A stretch of 64,000 nt of DNA from Octopus vulgaris (lineage: Eukaryota), in assembly GCA_951406725.2 (NCBI GenBank), contig OX597820.1:79422001-79486000 (forward strand). The letters run 5' to 3'. This document shows positions 62,871-64,000 of the stretch, one piece after another. Made by a program: the position numbers and the translations under genes. The notes under the pieces were generated by a model. The model ran no database searches and was not told the origin of the DNA. It saw only the letters and a list, made by a program, of their open reading frames with translations. Every line of letters starts with the position of its first letter. The first letter of the stretch is position 1.

Positions 62871-64000
62871 AGAAAAGGTTTTCTTTTTGAGTGTTTATGA
62901 TATAGTTGTCTGTTCTTAGTGAATTGATTACACAAGACTTGTGTCTCAGATGAGTGGTTTCACTAAATTTTCTAATTCTCACAGGAAGGAAGAGATGTAA
63001 AAGTTACAACTTTTAGCTCTCGCTTCTATAATAGCAAATTTTACTGCTCTACTAAAACAAAAGAATTGGTTTTGAAATTGCAACTAAATTATAGGTAAGC
63101 TGTGTTTGTGTAGCAGAAGCGACAAAATGATTGCCCATACCATGTTGAAAGATTTCCATAATTGTATCTGATTGTGAAGAATTATTTTAAAGCTTCATGT
63201 ATCTTAAATAATGTTGAGCTAAAATCGTACATACGCATGCAAAAATGATGATGATGATCATCATCATCATCATTTAATGTCCTTGTGAATGAATTTGGTT
63301 GGCAGAAACTGTGCAGAAGCCTGCCATACATACATTTGTCTATATGTATGTGTGTGTCTCTTTGTGTTTGTCCTTCACCATTTTGTGATAACTGGTGTTG
63401 GTTTGTTTACTTGTCCATAACTTAGCAGTTTGACAAAAAAGATTGACAAAATACGTACCAGATTTAAACCAATTAACTCCTGTATTTATAATATTTTGGC
63501 TAAATCCTTTGAGGTGGTACTCCAGCATGACCACAGTCTGTTGATTGAAACAAAGAAAAGCTAAACATGCATTTATATTGACTTTATCTAGTTTTTAACA
63601 GAATGTTGGAGTTGTGGATAAGATGCCTTGCTGTGGTTCATCCAGTGCTTTTCACTGAGTTTGCTTACAACAACTGCATCATCATTTAATGTCTGTTTTC
63701 CATGCTGGCATGGGTTGGTAAGCCACTCGGTTATGTTGAACTCCAATGTCTGCTTTGGCATGGTTTCTACATCTGGATGCCTTTCCTAATGCCAACCACT
63801 TCAGAATGTGCTGGATGGTTTGTTTTTTTTTTTTTTGTACCGTTGGCATTGTAGGGGTTGCAAAGTAACTTGCAAGACAAGAAAAGTATAAGAAAAAGGG
63901 AAAAGAAGAAAAACAGAAAAGCAGGTGGGCGTGTATTTGAGAAGTTGCTGTGGTTTTATGCCAAGTGTTGGGTGGCTAAAGTATGAAAGCAGGACAAGCA

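Overview
AT-rich, repeat-dense eukaryotic DNA. The repeat families (tRNA-derived SINEs with a GGCACCTTGGGCAAGTGTCTTCTAC body, (GAT)n-tailed elements, abundant (TA)n/(CA)n tracts) look like those of an octopus (coleoid cephalopod) genome; this is an inference from recognition, not a database result. I found no intact host protein-coding gene, so the window is probably a long intron or intergenic region. All recognisable coding remnants come from transposons: an internally deleted piggyBac with intact TTAA/TIR ends (21581-23382), two R4/Dong-type RLE-LINE fragments, several RTE fragments and mariner relics. There are also piggyBac, hAT, Tigger, Helitron and Helentron-type non-autonomous elements, often nested. 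The most unusual signal is a set of hammerhead-ribozyme motifs in short Penelope-like fragments next to (TA)n tracts. Two of them have complete catalytic cores and face each other about 190 bp apart (52865-52909 +, 53102-53178 -). Several long fold-back structures could form dsRNA if transcribed. Boundaries of degenerate repeats are approximate and were read by eye.
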